The position numbers were made by a program, and so were the translations under genes. The notes beneath the pieces were generated by a model. That model worked only from the letters and a program-made list of their open reading frames with translations, was not told the DNA's origin and searched no databases. Source: Squalus acanthias (lineage: Eukaryota). Taken from it: a DNA stretch of 64,000 bases. Location of the stretch: assembly GCA_030390025.1 (NCBI GenBank), contig CM059425.1, positions 166,472,001-166,536,000 on the forward strand, given 5' to 3'. This document shows positions 59,327 through 64,000 of the stretch, piece by piece (position 1 is the first letter of the stretch; each line of letters begins with the position of its first letter).

Positions 59327-62300
59327 GTTTAGAATGCATGTACGTAAACGCACAAGTGTGGTGAATAAGGTTGGTGAGCTACAAGCACAATTAGCCGTGT
59401 GACAATATGATGTTGTGGCAATAACGGAAACGTGGCTTAAAAACGGTGAGGACTGGGCACTTAATATTCAAGGGTACAAGGTGTTCAGAAAAGATAGGGA
59501 AGGAAAAAAGGGAGGTGGGGTGGCAGTGCTGTTTAAGGAAGACAGTGTAGTGTTGGAAAGGGAGGTTGTTCTTGAGGGGACAAGGACAGAATCCATTTGG
59601 TTAGAGTTGAGGAGCAAAAAGGGTATGATCACGATATTGGGGGTATTCTATAGGCCTCCAAATAGTGAGAGGGAGGTAGAGGTGCAAATCTGCAGAGAAA
59701 TTGCAGAGATATACAAGAGCTATAAATTGGTGATATTGGGGGACTTTAATTACCCAAATATCGATTGGGATAATGCTAGGGTAAAGGGAAAGGAGGGGGA
59801 GGAATTTCTGAAATGTGTTCAGGAGAATTTCCTTGACCAATATGTTCTTGGCCCAACTAGGAAGGAGGCATTGCTGGATCTGGTGCTGGGGAATAAGGTG
59901 GGCCAGGTCGACCAAGTGTCTGTGGGAGAACTCTTGGGTACGAGTGATCATCGTATCATAAGATTTAGATTAGCAATGGAGAAGAGGAAGGAACAATCTA
60001 GCGTGGAACTTCTAAACTGGAATTGGGCTAACTTCAATGGGATGCGAAAGGATCTAGCCAGGGTAAAAGGGAACCAAAGACTGACAGGAAAAACTGTAAT
60101 GAAACAATGGGTGATCTTTAAGGAGGAGATGTTCCAAGTGCAGGCTAGGTACATTCCAACAAGAGGGAAGGGTAAGGGAACCAAAGCAAGGGCTCCTTCG
60201 ATGACGAGGGAGATAGAGAAGATGATGAAACAAAAAAAGGTGTGTGATGTATGTCAGGTGAATTATTCAAGGGAGAACCAGTAAGTTGAGAGGGGATGTG
60301 AAGGCGAAAATAAGATTGGCAAAGAGAGAATGAGAGAGTAGAATGGCGATTAACATAAAAGGGAACCCAAAAATCTTCTACCGGCATGTAAACAGTAAGC
60401 GGGTAGTAAGAGGCGGGGTGGGGCCTATTAGAGACAAAGAAAGTGATATATGCTTAGAGGCGCAGGGCAAGGCTAGAATACTCTATGAGCCAGAAATTCG
60501 GTTTTCTGGCTTCCTGCGGGTGCAAGCATCACGCGCGTACTTGCCTACCGCGCCTGCAGTTGTGCTTTGGGCCCACGAGGACTTCGGGTCCTGGGCCTCC
60601 TCCAGCTGCCGGCACGCAGTGCTTGTGTATCCCAGGGGCGCAGTTAGTTCGAAGCGTCCTCTGGGATCACGTGGTCCATGGAGAGCCAATCCTAGCAGGG
60701 CATTTTCATTCATAGATTTGACAGGAAGACCTGTCAAATCTATGAATAGAGATCGGCCCAAAACCACACTTAAACTTCAAATAAATTTTAAAAAAAATCA
60801 CATTTTTAAAATAACTATAAGTTACATAAATTAACTACTTTAAACAAAAATTTTAATTTTTGAAAAAATTAATTATACTTTTTAACGGTGCTAAAAATAA
60901 ACTTACCTTTCTTTAAACCTGTTGAAAAAATGTTTAAATTGTAATTAATTAACCACTTACCTTGTTAAAAACAGGCCTTGCGCCTCCTTTTTAAAAGTGC
61001 AGCTTCTTCATACTTACCTTCCCGGAGAAACCTGAAAAAAAACCTGAAGTTCGCTGCGTGCGCGCAGCCTCTCCCGCGCACGCGTTCAACTTCTGAACCC
61101 CTCCCTTCAGGGGAACGGAAGTTCCAGTTTCCCGCGCATGCGCAGTGCATGCAGGAAACCGGCACTTCAGGTGGCCTTACGGGTTAGTACACAGTGTGTA
61201 CTCACCCGACAACAGCCGAATTTCTGGCCCAATGAATACTTTGTATCGGTGTTTACTACGGAGGTGGATGCTGACAAAATATCGGTAGAAGTGAAAAAGG
61301 TAGAAGCAATGGAAGGGGTGAAAATTGATAGACAGGATGTACTAGAAAGGCTGGGTATGCTTAGAGTGGATCAGTCGCCTGGTCCAGATGGCTTGCATCC
61401 CAGGTTGCTAAGGGAATTGGGGGAGGAGATAGCGGAAGGGCTTGCAATATTTTTCCAATCTTCCCTAGATGTGGGGGAGGTGCCTGAGGATTGGAAAGTG
61501 GCAAATGTGACACCATTGTTCAAGAAAGGGTGTAAGGACAATTCTAGTAACTACAGGCCGGTCAGTTTAACATCAGTGGTGGGTAAAGTTTTAGAAACAA
61601 TAATCAAGGAAAAAATTAACAGGCATTTGGAGAGGTTTAAGCTAATTAAGGAGAGCCAATATGGGTTTGTAAAAGGAAGATCGTGTTTGACTAATCAAAT
61701 TGAATTTTTTGATGAAGTAACAGAGAGGATTGATGAAGGGAATGCAATGGATGTTGTTTACATGGATTTTTGGAAGGTATTTGACAAAGTACCACATAGA
61801 AGGCTGGTTAACAAAATTGAAGCTCGTGGAATAAATAGGTGGGTCAGTGGCAGCTTGGATAAAGAATTGGCTTAAGGACAGAAAACAGCGAATTGTGGTA
61901 AATGGCTGTTTTTCAGACTGGAGGATGGTAGACAGTGGTGTTCCCCAAGGGCCACTGCTTCTTTTGATATATATAAATGACCTGGATATTGGAATACAGA
62001 GTAGATTTTCTAAATTTGCCAATGACACCAAACTTGGGGGTGTGGCAAACAATGAAGATGATACCAATCAACTGCAACAGGACATAGAAAGGCTAGCAGA
62101 ATGGGCAGACAAGTGGCAGATGGAATTTAATACAGAGATGTGTGAGGTGATGCATTTTAGCAGAAGGTAAAGGGAGAGGCAATATACACTTAATGGCACA
62201 GTTTTAAAGAGTGTGCAGGGACAAAGGGAACTGGGAGTTAATGTGCATAGGTCCCTGAAATTGGCAGGACATATTGAGAGAGTGGTTAACAAAGCATATG

Positions 62301-62927
62301 AGATCTTGGGCTTCATAAATAGAGGTATTGAGTACAGAAGTAGAGAAGTTATGCTGAACCTTTATAAAGTGCCGGTTCAGCCACAACTGAAGTATTGCGT
62401 CCAGTTCTGGTCACCACACTTTAGGAAGGATGGGAGGGCCCTTGAGAGGGTGCAGAGGAGATTTACCAGAATGGTTCCGGGGATGGGGGATCTTAGCTAC
62501 AAGAACAGGATGGAGAAGCTGAATTTGTTTTCATTAGAGCAAAGGAGGTTGAGGGGTGATTTGATAGTGGTGTACAAGATTATGACGGGTTTGGATAGGC
62601 TAGACAGGGAAAGGCTGTTCTCACTAGTAGACGGTACAAGGACTAGGGGACACAGATTTAAGGTTTTGGGCACGAGATACAGGAGGAATGTGAGGAAATT
62701 TTTTTTTACACAGCCAGTGGTGATGACCTGGAATTCGCTGCCGACGGAGTTGGTGGAAGCGGAGACACTCAATGTTTTCAAGGGGAGACTGGATATGCAC
62801 TTGAGGGAAATAAACTTGCAGGGCTACGTGGATAGAGTGGGGAATGGGACTGACTGGATTGCTCTACAGAGAACCGGCATGGACTTGATGGGCCGAATGG
62901 CCTCCTTCTGTGCCGTTATGACTCTAT
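59327..62927 (+). mobile_element. Near-complete but disrupted CR1 ORF2 with 3' tail
   Basis: Same as 55700-58356, continuing through FANDTK, KYCVQFWSPHFRKD, LFSLEQRRLRGDLI to tail GGCCGAATGGCCTCC..TATGACTCTAT. Confidence 0.95.
60487..61230. mobile_element. Duplicated MITE M1 copy
   Basis: Matches 56860-57602 except a 1-bp indel. Confidence 0.9.
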
Positions 62928-64000
62928 GGGGTAAAAATTCAGTTGGTTGCGCCTCCCGTTAGCGCCTTAAATGGGCGCTAATGGGGCGTTAAGGCGCTAA
63001 CGCCTGGGCGCAGCGCTGTTTGCGCCGCTCGAGAACTTAACTTGAGATTGTGCGGCGGCGCTAAAACTTACCGCTGCAACCACCTGCGCGCGCAGATTGT
63101 GACGTCATTCTGTGGTGCAACGCCCTTGGGGCGCCCCGGAGCGGAAATTGAGTGGCGCCCCCTGCCTTACCGCCTGGCGCTTCCAACGACCGGAAGACTG
63201 GAACGTTATCAATCGGTCTGGGGCTGGGGGGGGCGCTATTTAAAGGGGGCCTCTTCCTGTCTTTTTCTGTGGTCGACATTTATGCACCACTCGTTCTGAG
63301 AGAGAGAGAGAGATTCGGAGAGAGAGAGAGAGAGACTTCTACATTGACTCAACGCTTTGTGAGGTAGTTTTGCCTAGTTCATCCTAACTTTGCTGCTACT
63401 TTCGTTGCTGTACCTCATTACTTTTCTGGCAAAGAGAAGATGGGGGCTGCAATGATTGGGGGCGTCGTCCTGCTCCAGCTCAATCGGAGCAGAGTGAGAC
63501 GCAGACAGAGAGTGGCAATGATGGCCAGACGGAGGAGGCCCATCAGGCGCATGTACAGGAGAGCTTACCCTCCCAGGGTATATCGTGAACAGCTCTCCTA
63601 CATCCACATGTCCGAGGAGCTGTGTTTGCGAAGGCTGCGATTCAGCAAGGAGGTGGTCACTGAGCTCTGCCACCTGCTGCAGCCAGATCTGCAGCCTCAG
63701 CTGAGGTCCAGGACGTCTCTGTCGGTGGCAGTGAAGGTCACAGTGGCCTTGAACTTCTACGCCACTGGCTCATTCCAAGCTGCTGTTGGGGACCTCGCCA
63801 ATATCTCCCAGTTTGCGGTGCATCGCTGCATTCGGCAGGTCACCAATGCCCTCTTCACAAGGAGACGAGACTTCATCTCCTTCCCTATGACCCCAGACAA
63901 GCAGCATGACCGTGCTATGGGCTTTGCGAGGGTAGCGGGCTTCCCCATGGTGCAGGGCGCCATTGACTGCACGCATGTGGCTTTGCGTGCTCCGCGAGAG
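62928..64000. mobile_element. Left part of a potentially autonomous Harbinger transposon (family M2)
   Basis: TIR GGGGTAAAAATT after TAT at the end of the CR1 tail; CpG-rich subterminal region; transposase ORF follows. Confidence 0.9.
63440..64000 (+). CDS. Harbinger (HARBI1-like) DDE transposase, N-terminal 187 codons, open to window end
   Basis: Manual translation without stops: MGAAMIGG..YPPRVYREQLSYIHMSEELCLRRLRFSKEVVTELCHLL..LSVAVKVTVALNFYATGSFQAAVGDLANISQFAVHRCIRQVTNAL..GFPMVQGAIDCTHVALRAPRE. Confidence 0.9.
   Translation, partial: MGAAMIGGVVLLQLNRSRVRRRQRVAMMARRRRPIRRMYRRAYPPRVYREQLSYIHMSEELCLRRLRFSKEVVTELCHLLQPDLQPQLRSRTSLSVAVKVTVALNFYATGSFQAAVGDLANISQFAVHRCIRQVTNALFTRRRDFISFPMTPDKQHDRAMGFARVAGFPMVQGAIDCTHVALRAPRE

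Larger units (their letters stand above)
54725..61984. repeat. Tandem duplication, units 54725-58351 (3627 bp) and 58352-61979 (3628 bp)
   Basis: ORF track repeats with offset 3627/3628; ACCTG at 54725, 58352 and 61980; about five differences seen by eye. Confidence 0.95.

Noticed and set aside
63440..64000. Host domesticated HARBI1 gene
   Set aside because: The ORF lies inside a TIR-bounded element with MITE relatives in the window, so it is a transposon gene; no symbol assigned.
1..64000. CRISPR arrays, operons or other prokaryotic systems
   Set aside because: No regularly spaced repeat-spacer arrays or dense gene packing; content is vertebrate-type transposable elements with spliceosomal introns.

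Overview
Eukaryotic, transposon-saturated vertebrate DNA, most likely a cartilaginous fish (inferred from the CR1/L2/DeuSINE/Penelope/Harbinger mix; not proven). No host protein-coding gene can be confidently identified, and most ORF-track entries are retroelement fragments or their antisense shadows. The window holds many CR1 LINE copies (several nested), L2 fragments, a Zenon-like LINE, tRNA-derived SINEs, two TG..CA solo LTRs with clean TSDs, and Penelope-like element (PLE) fragments carrying two families of minimal hammerhead-ribozyme motifs with compensatory base changes. It also holds a large PIF/Harbinger radiation: one decayed two-gene element, a Myb-only element, many MITEs with 3-bp A/T-only TSDs, and a transposase ORF that is open from 63440 to the window edge and missing from the ORF track. 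The Harbinger accessory gene is spliced (Myb/SANT, coiled coil, AT-hook-like motif, basic tail). A ~3.63-kb near-identical tandem duplication with 5-bp ACCTG microhomology spans 54725-61984.
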